From Bacteroidota bacterium (lineage in GTDB: Bacteria > Bacteroidota > Bacteroidia > AKYH767-A > 2013-40CM-41-45), in contig JAYSPU010000210.1 in the NCBI GenBank assembly GCA_043721935.1, forward strand, positions 1-44,353: a stretch of 44,353 bases of DNA. The letters are read 5' to 3'. Below, piece by piece: positions 33,543 through 42,161 of the stretch; position 1 is the first letter of the stretch, and each line of letters opens with the position of its first letter. The translations under genes and the position numbers were made by a program. The notes under the pieces are model-generated. The model did no database searches. It was not told the DNA's origin and was given only the letters and a program-made list of their open reading frames with translations.

Positions 33543-36500
33543 TTATTTTGTAGTTAAGAAATTTAATTGAATGATGGATTGATTGAGATTTTTTATTGCA
33601 TCGGCATAATCACTTTGAATACTTGCGGCATTGTTGATTAGCATTGTCCATTCCAAATAATTGATGTTACCGTTTGCAAATTGCTGATTGGCTGTTTTGG
33701 TGATGGTGTTGGCATTTTTCAGGGCAGTAGTTTCAAAATAGGTTACAATATCGTAGTTTGCCTTATATTGCTTAAAAACAGTTTGATACTCAGTTTTCAG
33801 GCTTTGCAATCCAACTTGATAATTGTTTTCTGAAATCTGTTCTTGCATTTTGGAAGCACCGATTTTTCCTTTTTGAGAAAAGAAAAACAGTGGAATGCCA
33901 ATACCAAACTCAACAGAGTTAAAACGAAATGATTTTGGATATACCACATCGTCCGGTCCTTTGCCCTGGATACTTTGATTGTAATACCCAAAATTTAATT
34001 CCGGGAGCAACTTGTTTGCTTCTAATCGTTTATTGATTAATGCAATTTGTTTTTGTTGCAGTAACATTTTAATCTGAGGATGGTCTTTGATTGAAGAAGA
34101 ATCTAGTATTGCAATAAAAACCATTTTAGAGTTATCTGACATAGGCGTGAAAACTGTTGGTGTGTTTAGCAACAATTGAAATTGCATTTGCAATACTTCC
34201 AGATCATTTTTCAGTTGAGTTAATTGAATAGCTATCTGTCCCCGTTGTGTTTCGGCTGTTGTTTTTTCTAAAATATTGCTTTCACCGTTTGCAAAACGCA
34301 AGTTGGCTTTTTCTAAAAACGAAGCAAAAACACTGTCAGTTTGAAAAAGTATTCTTTGCTTTAGCTGTAAATAAACTAACAAGTAAAAAGCATCGCTAAC
34401 TTGTTTTTTAAGTTCTGCTTCTTTTAAGACAATATTCAATATACTACTTTTATAAATTTCATTTTGCAGTGATTTTTGTTTAGTATAAACAGTTGGAAAA
34501 CTTATTGATTGATAAATTCCTATCTTGTTGTCTTTGTAAATTGAATTTAGTTGTCCAAATTCACCAATGAGATTTGTTTGAGGGATGTCAACGGCGGCGG
34601 CTTTAAGTTTCCTTTGGAATTCAGCATTTAAAACTTGGTTCTTAACGGTTAAATTATTCTTCAGTGCTGTATCAATAGCATTTTGCAAATTAATTGGAGT
34701 TTGAGCAAAAGAATAATTGCAATTGGCCAAAAGCGACAGGCAAATCACAATTGCTGTGATTGGTATTTTGTTTTTCTTCCTTCCTGTAAAACCTTTTTCA
34801 AAAAGAATATACAATACAGGCAAAACAAAAAGGGTAAGGAACGTTGCTATCAACAATCCACCGATGACAACGGTTGCTAATGGTCGTTGCACTTCTGCAC
34901 CTGAACCGTTGCTTAAGGCCATTGGTAAGAAGCCAAGTGATGCAACAAATGCTGTCATTAGTACCGGTCGTAAACGAATTTTTGTTCCTTTCAAAACAAT
35001 CTCTCGCGTGTCGGCTTCGCCACTTAGTTTTATCCGGTTGAATTCTGCAATCAATACAATTCCATTTAGCACCGCTACGCCAAACAGGGCAATAAAACCA
35101 ACTCCTGCACTGATGCTGAAAGGCATTCCACGCATAGCTAGAAATAAAATTCCGCCAATTGCTGAAAGCGGAATTGCTGAATAAATGAGGAGTCCTTGTT
35201 TTACTGAACCGAAAGCAAAATAGAGAAGAAGAAAAATTAAAAGCAGTGAAAGCGGGACAACGATCCCTAATCGTTTTTTTGCTGCAATTAAATTTTCAAA
35301 AGCTCCACCATATGTTACAAAATATCCGGCTGGTATTTTCACTTGATTTCCAATTTTATCTTGTAACTCTTTTACAATGGTCTGCACATCTTTACCGCGA
35401 ACATTGAAGCCAACAATGATTCTACGCTTTGCATCATCACGCTGAATTTGATTTACACTTTCCTGAATTGAAACATCGGCAACTTGGTAAAGAGGAATCT
35501 GCGTTCCATTTGAAGTTGGGATTAAAAGATTTTGCACATCTTCTAAATTTTGTCTTTGCTCACCCGCAAGGCGCACCACTAGATCGAAACGCTTTTCGTC
35601 TTCAAATACTAGTCCGCTGCTTTGACCTGCAAATGCAGTATTCACTACACTATTGATGTCATCAATATTTAAACCGTATTGCGCAATGATGTTCCTCTTG
35701 TAGGAAATAATTACTTGAGGCAAACCGGTTATACTTTCTACGTAAATATCTTTCGCGCCATCAATGTTACCGGCAACGTCACCCAATAGAGTTGCATATT
35801 TTGTGAGAGTGTCAAGGTTCTCTCCATAAATTTTACAAACCACATCTTGTTTTGCGCCTGTCATCAATTCATTAAAACGCATGGCAACGGGATATTGAAA
35901 ACCATAAGTAACGCCCGGTACGTCTTGCAAAGCTTCACTCATTTTTTCTGCAAGCTCATTAAACGAATTTGCTGATGTCCATTCACTTTTATCTTTCAAT
36001 ATAATCATTAGATCGGCTGCTTCCATCGGCATAGGATCAGTTGGAATCTCTCCACTACCAATTTTTCCAACTACTTTTATTACTTCAGGAAATTTTGCTT
36101 TTAAAATATGTGCTGCTTTTAAACAACTTTCAACAGTAGTATTGATATTGCTGCCTGTCAACACTCTAGTCTCTACTGCAAAGTCGCCTTCTTCTAAGGC
36201 AGGAATAAACTCACCACCCATTTGAGAGAAAATTAAAATTGAAACTAAAAACAAACCAATTGTTGCACCGATAATAACTTTTGGGAAATTCAAAACTTTT
36301 GACAAGTACTTTTGATGTCCATTTATAAAAAAGTCCATCATTCGATCAGAAATATTTTTCTTGTGCGAAATTCCTTTGCGTAAAAACAATGCACTCATCA
36401 TTGGAATATAGGTGAGTGAAAGAATAAAAGCACCTAATAACGCGAAAGCCACTGTTTGTGCCATTGGTTTAAACATTTTGCCCTCAATTCCTTCTAATGA

Positions 36501-37901
36501 AAAAATGGGGAGATATACTATGAGAATAATTATTTGTCCGAACACCGCACTGTTCATCATGCGGCTTGCCGAATGATTTACTTCAATGTCCATTTCAGCT
36601 TGATTGACATTGGTAAGCTGCGCAAACTTTTTATTGTGAACTAAACTGTGCATCACAGCTTCTACAATAATTACTGCACCATCCACAATCAAACCGAAAT
36701 CCAATGCTCCTAAACTCATAAGATTTCCGCTAACGCCAAACATGTTCATCATGATTACGGCAAACAGCATGGCTAAAGGGATTACTGATGCTACTAATAG
36801 TCCAGCTCGGAAACTTCCTAAGAACAAAACCAAAACAAAAATAACGATCAATGCACCTTCCAATAAATTTTTTGAAACTGTTCCAATCGCATTGTTCACC
36901 ATTTTGGTTCTGTCAAGAAATGGTTCAATAACAACTCCTTCAGGCAAAGATTTTTCAATTTGTGTAATGCGTTCTTTTACATTTTTTATTACATCATTAC
37001 TGTTCCCGCCTTTCAACATCATTACAACTGCACCTGCTGCTTCACCTTCGTCATTATAAGTCATGCCTCCATACCGAACTGCGCTTCCAATTCTCACTTC
37101 GGCAACATCGTTTATTAAAAGAGGTGTGCCGTTAGCTGTATTTTTTACAACAATACTTTTTATATCGTCAATATTTCCGATCAAACCTTCGCTTCTGATA
37201 TAAAGTACAGTTGATTTTTTTTCAATGTATGCACCACCTGTATTTCCGTTATTATGCTCCAAAGCAGTGAACACATCATTTATAGTAATGTTAAATGATT
37301 TTAGTTTGTTAGCATCAATTGCAATTTCATATTGTTTCAATTTACCACCAAAACTGCTTACATCTGCAACACCTTTTACACTCAACAATTGTCTGCGAAC
37401 AATCCAATCCTGAATTGTTCGTAATTCAGTTGCATCGTATTTGGTTTCGTAACCGTGCTTAGCACGAATTAAGTATTGGTAAATTTCACCCAAACCTGTT
37501 GTCACAGGTGCTAACTCCGGTGATCCAAGTCCTTTAGGAATTTGTTCTTGTGCAATTTTTAATCTTTCGCTTACTTGTTGTCTTGCCCAATAGACATCCA
37601 CATCATCATCAAAGACGATGGTGATAAGTGACAGACCGAACCGTGAGAAACTGCGAATTTCTTTTAGTCCGGGAATATTGCTGTTGGCTTGTTCAATTGG
37701 AAATGTGATGAACCGTTCCACATCAGGCGCACCCAATGAAGGTGCGGTAGTGATTACCTGCACTTGATTGTCAGTTATGTCGGGAACTGCATCAATCGGC
37801 AGTTTTGTAATTTGGTAGCTGCCGTAACCAATAAGGGCTAAAAGGAATAGTCCTATTATGAGTTTGTTCTTTATAGAGAACGCAATTATTTTATCGAGCA
37901 T
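33543..37901 (-). CDS. in-frame fusion of CzcA-family HME-RND pump (aa 1 to about 1040) and TolC-like outer membrane factor (aa about 1068-1452)
   Basis: A single uninterrupted 1452-aa ORF. The N-terminal part is a complete RND pump (MLDKIIAFSIKNKLIIGLFLL ... VLPVLYILFEKGFTGRKKNK). The linker IPITAIVICLSLLANCNYSFAQ looks like a signal peptide. The rest, TPINLQNAIDTALKNNLTVKNQ..., looks like an OMF. Confidence 0.9.
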   Translation of the reverse strand: MLDKIIAFSIKNKLIIGLFLLALIGYGSYQITKLPIDAVPDITDNQVQVITTAPSLGAPDVERFITFPIEQANSNIPGLKEIRSFSRFGLSLITIVFDDDVDVYWARQQVSERLKIAQEQIPKGLGSPELAPVTTGLGEIYQYLIRAKHGYETKYDATELRTIQDWIVRRQLLSVKGVADVSSFGGKLKQYEIAIDANKLKSFNITINDVFTALEHNNGNTGGAYIEKKSTVLYIRSEGLIGNIDDIKSIVVKNTANGTPLLINDVAEVRIGSAVRYGGMTYNDEGEAAGAVVMMLKGGNSNDVIKNVKERITQIEKSLPEGVVIEPFLDRTKMVNNAIGTVSKNLLEGALIVIFVLVLFLGSFRAGLLVASVIPLAMLFAVIMMNMFGVSGNLMSLGALDFGLIVDGAVIIVEAVMHSLVHNKKFAQLTNVNQAEMDIEVNHSASRMMNSAVFGQIIILIVYLPIFSLEGIEGKMFKPMAQTVAFALLGAFILSLTYIPMMSALFLRKGISHKKNISDRMMDFFINGHQKYLSKVLNFPKVIIGATIGLFLVSILIFSQMGGEFIPALEEGDFAVETRVLTGSNINTTVESCLKAAHILKAKFPEVIKVVGKIGSGEIPTDPMPMEAADLMIILKDKSEWTSANSFNELAEKMSEALQDVPGVTYGFQYPVAMRFNELMTGAKQDVVCKIYGENLDTLTKYATLLGDVAGNIDGAKDIYVESITGLPQVIISYKRNIIAQYGLNIDDINSVVNTAFAGQSSGLVFEDEKRFDLVVRLAGEQRQNLEDVQNLLIPTSNGTQIPLYQVADVSIQESVNQIQRDDAKRRIIVGFNVRGKDVQTIVKELQDKIGNQVKIPAGYFVTYGGAFENLIAAKKRLGIVVPLSLLLIFLLLYFAFGSVKQGLLIYSAIPLSAIGGILFLAMRGMPFSISAGVGFIALFGVAVLNGIVLIAEFNRIKLSGEADTREIVLKGTKIRLRPVLMTAFVASLGFLPMALSNGSGAEVQRPLATVVIGGLLIATFLTLFVLPVLYILFEKGFTGRKKNKIPITAIVICLSLLANCNYSFAQTPINLQNAIDTALKNNLTVKNQVLNAEFQRKLKAAAVDIPQTNLIGEFGQLNSIYKDNKIGIYQSISFPTVYTKQKSLQNEIYKSSILNIVLKEAELKKQVSDAFYLLVYLQLKQRILFQTDSVFASFLEKANLRFANGESNILEKTTAETQRGQIAIQLTQLKNDLEVLQMQFQLLLNTPTVFTPMSDNSKMVFIAILDSSSIKDHPQIKMLLQQKQIALINKRLEANKLLPELNFGYYNQSIQGKGPDDVVYPKSFRFNSVEFGIGIPLFFFSQKGKIGASKMQEQISENNYQVGLQSLKTEYQTVFKQYKANYDIVTYFETTALKNANTITKTANQQFANGNINYLEWTMLINNAASIQSDYADAIKNLNQSIIQLNFLTTK

Positions 37902-37999
37902 TATTTATCAGTTAAAATGAATGAATACACAAATCAATACTAAAGCTGAATGCTTAGTAAAGAGGTGAACTACTCGCTACAAACGAGTTCATAAATTAA

Positions 38000-38323
38000 T
38001 TAACTGAGTTTTGGCGGTTGCCAGATAGAAGAATTGTCTATTGAAAAAAACTGTTGATCGAAAAGTTCAAAGTCGTTTAATGCAGGTTGACCCTGTAAAG
38101 TGATATTGGGAGAATAAAGAATATTCATTGCAGTCGAACAGCAAGAGCAAAAGCAAAATGGACTACAAATGTCATTGTCCAATTCATGATGTTCTGAAGC
38201 ACTTTGTATGGAAGTTGGAGCGTCGTGCAGATGGGAATCACAAATGTCGTTGCAGGGCATGATCATGATCGCCATTAAATAGATGGCGAGGGAAAAACAT
38301 AATATGCGCTTATATTGGTTCAC
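38000..38323 (-). CDS. small single-TM Cys-rich protein heading system 2 (DUF6660-like as I recall)
   Basis: The ORF track begins at a TTG (38389). I prefer the GTG at 38323, giving (M)NQYKRILCFSLAIYLMAIMIMPCNDICDSHLH...CSPFCFCSCCS...WQPPKLS. The start codon is uncertain. Confidence 0.55.
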   Translation of the reverse strand: MNQYKRILCFSLAIYLMAIMIMPCNDICDSHLHDAPTSIQSASEHHELDNDICSPFCFCSCCSTAMNILYSPNITLQGQPALNDFELFDQQFFSIDNSSIWQPPKLS

Positions 38324-38442
38324 AGCGTAAAAGTAGTGAAAGTTCTTAAAAAAGCAATTTCGAGCAAAAAAGCGATTTAAGCGCAACAAAGCAATAAATA
38401 CTCATTCATTTCGTATATTTACCTAATAAATATATAACTGAA

Positions 38443-38823
38443 ATGAAAATTAATCATACAACAAAATTCTTTTTAGCACTCTTTATGCAAATTGCTCTTT
38501 CAACCCATACTCACGCCGGGATTTCGAAAAGGGTTTCAATTAAAACAAACATTTATTGTGATCATTGCAAACAGTGTGAAAGCTGTGGAGGAAAAATAGA
38601 ACACGATCTAACATTTGACAAAGGAATTGAAACTGTCAAGCTAGATGAAAAAGCAATGACTATTACAGTTACTTATAACTCAAAGAAAACAACTCCAGAA
38701 GCAATCAGACTTTTGAATTCCAAATATGGTTTTGATGCTGATGATGTAAAGGCTGATCCAACAGCATATTCAAAATTGGACGAATGTTGGCCGGAAGAAA
38801 TAAAAGTATCAAGGAATCAGTAG
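38443..38823 (+). CDS. secreted heavy-metal-associated (HMA-like) domain protein
   Basis: 126 aa with a signal peptide. IKTNIYCDHCKQCESCGGKIEHDLTFDKGIETVKLDEKAMTITVTY has the ferredoxin-like HMA layout with a Cys cluster. It is divergent from system 2. Confidence 0.7.
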   Translation: MKINHTTKFFLALFMQIALSTHTHAGISKRVSIKTNIYCDHCKQCESCGGKIEHDLTFDKGIETVKLDEKAMTITVTYNSKKTTPEAIRLLNSKYGFDADDVKADPTAYSKLDECWPEEIKVSRNQ

Positions 38824-38896
38824 TTGAAAAATAAAGTCTTTCTCTAATAACCTATAATATTCATAATTTCGCGAAATTTTTTGCTGAAGCCAAAGA

Positions 38897-38925
38897 AAAA
38901 GAAAGCCGGTTCTACCCGGATTCTT
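38897..38925. terminator. imperfect hairpin between convergent genes
   Basis: AAGAAAGCCGG-ttctac-CCGGATTCTT (CCGG/CCGG and AAGAA/TTCTT with an internal mismatch), lying between the stops at 38823 and 38927. Confidence 0.35.
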
Positions 38926-38926
38926 A

Positions 38927-39430
38927 TCAATTGTATTTGTTAAAATTTTCTATCACTTGCTCATAATCATTCCAATCAACTCCAGGATTATGTGCTCTAC
39001 GAGAACTGGAAATAATTACAACACTATATTCAATACTTCTGGGATATGAGAGAGTAGAACCATCGGAATTAAAGTTATAAAGATGGATTATTCCTAATTC
39101 AAAATCAAAGTTAGTCACATTTAGTCCACTAATGTCTGGAAGTGGAGACCATCCATCCACATACTTTCGGAGGACACTGACTAAACCCCTGTCAACGATG
39201 TCTTGAGTAATACCTACTGTTGTAATATCAGCGTTGTAGACCACACTGTTCAAGGCCCAGTTGGAAATAATTACACTGTTAGTTCCAACAACATTTGCAT
39301 TTCCATTCGTAACATTTGTACCATTTGTACCGTTTTGGCCAGAAGGGCCAACAGGTCCCGTATCACCTTTTTTACATGAAGTAAATAGTGATACTGTTGC
39401 CATTGCAATAATTAATAATGATTTTCTCAT
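38927..39430 (-). CDS. lipoprotein with short collagen-like / GTN repeat
   Basis: I prefer the start at 39430 (MRKSLLIIAMATVSLFTSCKKG, with a lipobox). It continues with GPVGPSGQNGTNGTNVTNGN. Function unknown. Confidence 0.6.
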   Translation of the reverse strand: MRKSLLIIAMATVSLFTSCKKGDTGPVGPSGQNGTNGTNVTNGNANVVGTNSVIISNWALNSVVYNADITTVGITQDIVDRGLVSVLRKYVDGWSPLPDISGLNVTNFDFELGIIHLYNFNSDGSTLSYPRSIEYSVVIISSSRRAHNPGVDWNDYEQVIENFNKYN

Positions 39431-39515
39431 AATGATTAATGTGTTTTGATTATGTTCACCCAAAGCCCAATGTGAACGTTAATAAAAAGGCAGCGCAGAC
39501 TAAGTATCTTACTCA

Positions 39516-39620
39516 CACCTGAGGTACTGGTTTACCCGAAAGCAAATAAGTACAGCGCACGCTGTTAACGCGGCGTTCACTTATTCTTTGCTTTCTGCGA
39601 AAATTGCCAGTTTTCAGGTG
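39516..39620. ncRNA. candidate structured RNA (or DNA-level) element: nested helices with a GC-rich two-hairpin tip
   Basis: Helices seen: CACCTGA (39516-22)/TCAGGTG (39614-20); ACTGG (39526-30)/CCAGT (39607-11); AGCAAATAAGT (39541-51) against ACTTATT..TTTGCT (39579-92), about 11 bp with a 3-nt bulge. The tip hairpins are ACAGC-gcac-GCTGT (39552-65) and AACG-cgg-CGTT (39567-77). I cannot assign a family or a strand. Confidence 0.3.
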
Positions 39621-39777
39621 CAAGAATAGATAACGCTATATCAAATGTCTTGGGGTAAATTTAAAGGTCCAATCAGAAATCTTTATGATTTTTTTACGTT
39701 CCCAAACTGATTACATGCCAGTTAGTTTGAATTCTATGTAGACCGTTAATGTTGTTTGTTTGATTCGTCATTTGTCC

Positions 39778-40875
39778 TCACATTTTCATTCCCCCCATCG
39801 GATCAGCATCGCGCTTTAACTTGAATTCACTATTAATAAGAAATGCTCCGCTGACTACAACATTTTCTCCTTCTTTTAAGCCCTTTGTTATTTCAATCTC
39901 TTCGTTATTACTGATACCTGTCATTACCATTCGGCTTTCAAAAGTGCTGTCTGCTTTTTGTATCCACACCGAGTTTCCATTTGCCTCCTGAAGCACGGCA
40001 TCAACCGGTAACACCAATGTGTTTTTTAATTTTGTTTTCAAATGAATTGTTGCTAGCATACCGGGTTTTAATTGTTGATTTGAATTTGGTATTTCGGCAC
40101 GAATAATATTTACAATGCTGTTGCTGTTTAATGCCGGACTTACAAATGAGATGCGCGTTTTCAAATTTCCAAATCCTTCTATTGAAATTTCTGCTTCGTC
40201 ATTATTTTTCACTGATGATAATTCATGGGAATACAATTGTGCCTCTACCCAAAGCGAACTTAAATCACTAATGCTGAAAAGCGTTGCGCCCTGAATTATA
40301 TAATCGCCTTCGCGAACAATTATGTCGCTGATGATACCGTTTGACTTGCTGTAAATTTTTGTTGTGATATTTATTTCCTTTGTTTTTTCCAGTTCTGTTA
40401 ATTGGTTTTCTGTTAATCCCCAGAGCAATAATTTATTTTTTGCGGATTCTTTTAACGAGTTAAAATATTCATCGTTGTTGGATTTGCTTCCTGCTTGCTG
40501 CAATGCAAAAAGAAAATCTTTTTTTGCAGTCTGTAATTCTTCACTGTATATTTCATACAATACATCTCCTTTGTTAATGCTTTCTCCGGTGAATTTGAAA
40601 TACAATTTATCAATTCTGCCCATTATGCGCGAATTGACTTGATAAGATTTATTTTCATCGGGCACGATACTTCCAGTCAATATAATTTCTTCAGATATAT
40701 TTTTCATTGTAATAGGCTCTACTTTTATATTCGCTAACCGCATTTGCGAATCACTTATTTTAAAACTGCTCATCGCTGCGTGTTCTTCGGATTTGACATC
40801 CATTTTTTCTTCTTTCTTTTTTCCACAGGAAAATAAAAGGAGAAGTGTTGCTGCTATAATTATTTTAGTTTGCAT
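39778..40875 (-). CDS. efflux RND periplasmic adaptor subunit (system 3, second adaptor)
   Basis: 365 aa with the lipobox LLFSCG. It has the membrane-fusion-protein layout (GRIDKLYFKFTGESINKGDVLYEIYS, a coiled coil, SNGIISDIIVREGDYI). The tail is Met-rich: DADPMGGMKM. Confidence 0.85.
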   Translation of the reverse strand: MQTKIIIAATLLLLFSCGKKKEEKMDVKSEEHAAMSSFKISDSQMRLANIKVEPITMKNISEEIILTGSIVPDENKSYQVNSRIMGRIDKLYFKFTGESINKGDVLYEIYSEELQTAKKDFLFALQQAGSKSNNDEYFNSLKESAKNKLLLWGLTENQLTELEKTKEINITTKIYSKSNGIISDIIVREGDYIIQGATLFSISDLSSLWVEAQLYSHELSSVKNNDEAEISIEGFGNLKTRISFVSPALNSNSIVNIIRAEIPNSNQQLKPGMLATIHLKTKLKNTLVLPVDAVLQEANGNSVWIQKADSTFESRMVMTGISNNEEIEITKGLKEGENVVVSGAFLINSEFKLKRDADPMGGMKM

Positions 40876-42160
40876 TGTGTTTGATTTTAATAAAACCCTC
40901 GCTATCCATCAGGTACTGCGCATTTTCTGCAATGGTATTTCCATTTTTCAATCCTTCCATAATCAGAATGTTTTTTCCAGATGTTATACCACTGCTTATT
41001 TTATGTGCATAAAACATGTTTCCGTCTTTCATATAAACAACCTGCTGATTTCCTAAATCAATAATTGCAGTACGCGGAATCCAAATTCCTGTAACAGATT
41101 CTGGTTGAATAAATGCTTTGAATAAATCACCCTTCTTAAGATTGTTGTTTTTATTATTTAGATAAGCTCGGACATTTAAAAATTTACTGCCTGAAGAAAA
41201 AACAGGTTCAACAAAATCAACCTGTGTTATCAAGGTGTCATCTGGAAAACCATTCATAACCAAATTTATTAGCTGTCCTTTTTTTATCTGATTTATTTCT
41301 CCTGCGTAAACTTTCATCACTCCCCACACTTGTTGCGCATTGATAACTTTAAAAACCGTTTCTCCCTGCTTAACATACTGACCTTCTTTAATTGAAAAAG
41401 TATTTGACAGTGGTGCCGCACCTTTATTCATTTCATCTGATTTCATTGAAGAGCTTGCAGGTGCGCTTGTCATTTCTTCACTTATAACATATCCGTCGGC
41501 TGGACTGTAAATGCTTAGTGTTGCCGTTACATTTTTTGATTTCGAGATTTCATCTAACTGCTGTTGCGATAAGCCAAGCAATTTTAATTTCAGTTTTGAT
41601 GCATTGATTAATTTAGTATTTGCGCTATCACTTTTCTCAAGATAAATTAAATTCTGAACTTCTGTTTGCAAGTCGGGGCTGTAAATATCATAGAGCTTTT
41701 CTCCTTTATGCACCGATTGATATTGGTATTTGACATAAAGTTTTTCAATTCGTCCGCCTACCCGTGCAGCTATATTTTCAAATCTTCGTGTGTCATATTC
41801 AACAGAACCGATTGCAGTTATAAGAGGTGAAACTATTGTTTGTTTAACCGTTAAAATTTTTACATTTGAAATTACTGATTCATTCGTTGGCTTAACTACA
41901 TCTGCAATACTGATTGTTGTATCTAACCCAACGCCATCTGTTTTTTCGACCAGCTGCATTCCGCAAATCGGGCATTTGCCTGGAGCATCTCTGATTATCT
42001 GCGGGTGCATGGAGCAGGTGTATATTTTTTTTGCGACTGTTTTTTCATGCCCTTCGTGTTCTGCTTTTTTGTCTTTGCAACCATTTAAAAGAAGAAACGA
42101 AAATATTGTCGTCATCACTAAAAATAAAATATTGAAAATATTTCTAACTTTGGTTTTCAT
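40865..42160 (-). CDS. efflux RND periplasmic adaptor subunit with N-terminal heavy-metal-binding domain (CusB-like, system 3)
   Basis: I prefer the start at 42160 (MKTKVRNIFNILFLVMTTIFSFLLLNGCKD), which abuts the upstream stop at 42162. It contains YTCSMHPQIIRDAPGKCPICGMQLVEK and GGRIEKLYVKYQYQSVHKGEKLYDIYS. Confidence 0.85.
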   Translation of the reverse strand: MKTKVRNIFNILFLVMTTIFSFLLLNGCKDKKAEHEGHEKTVAKKIYTCSMHPQIIRDAPGKCPICGMQLVEKTDGVGLDTTISIADVVKPTNESVISNVKILTVKQTIVSPLITAIGSVEYDTRRFENIAARVGGRIEKLYVKYQYQSVHKGEKLYDIYSPDLQTEVQNLIYLEKSDSANTKLINASKLKLKLLGLSQQQLDEISKSKNVTATLSIYSPADGYVISEEMTSAPASSSMKSDEMNKGAAPLSNTFSIKEGQYVKQGETVFKVINAQQVWGVMKVYAGEINQIKKGQLINLVMNGFPDDTLITQVDFVEPVFSSGSKFLNVRAYLNNKNNNLKKGDLFKAFIQPESVTGIWIPRTAIIDLGNQQVVYMKDGNMFYAHKISSGITSGKNILIMEGLKNGNTIAENAQYLMDSEGFIKIKHNAN

Positions 42161-42161
42161 C

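Noticed and set aside
34683-37413. Plus-strand ORFs inside the fused pump gene (34683-34880, 34717-35184, 35429-35656, 36742-37059, 37225-37413) and the same-strand ORF 33797-33991.
   Set aside because: These are shadow or out-of-frame ORFs within a continuous 1452-aa reading frame that has clear family signatures.
37902-37999. Bulged hairpin TGAAC(tac)TCG...CGAGTTCA between the small Cys-rich gene and the fused pump gene, as a possible attenuator.
   Set aside because: It has only 8 bp with a bulge and no following U-tract on the coding (minus) strand, which is too weak to call.
38865-38878. Perfect 14-bp palindrome AATTTCGCGAAATT downstream of the HMA gene.
   Set aside because: It is a single copy. 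A few perfect 14-bp palindromes are expected by chance in 44 kb of AT-rich DNA, and it has no positional link to a promoter.
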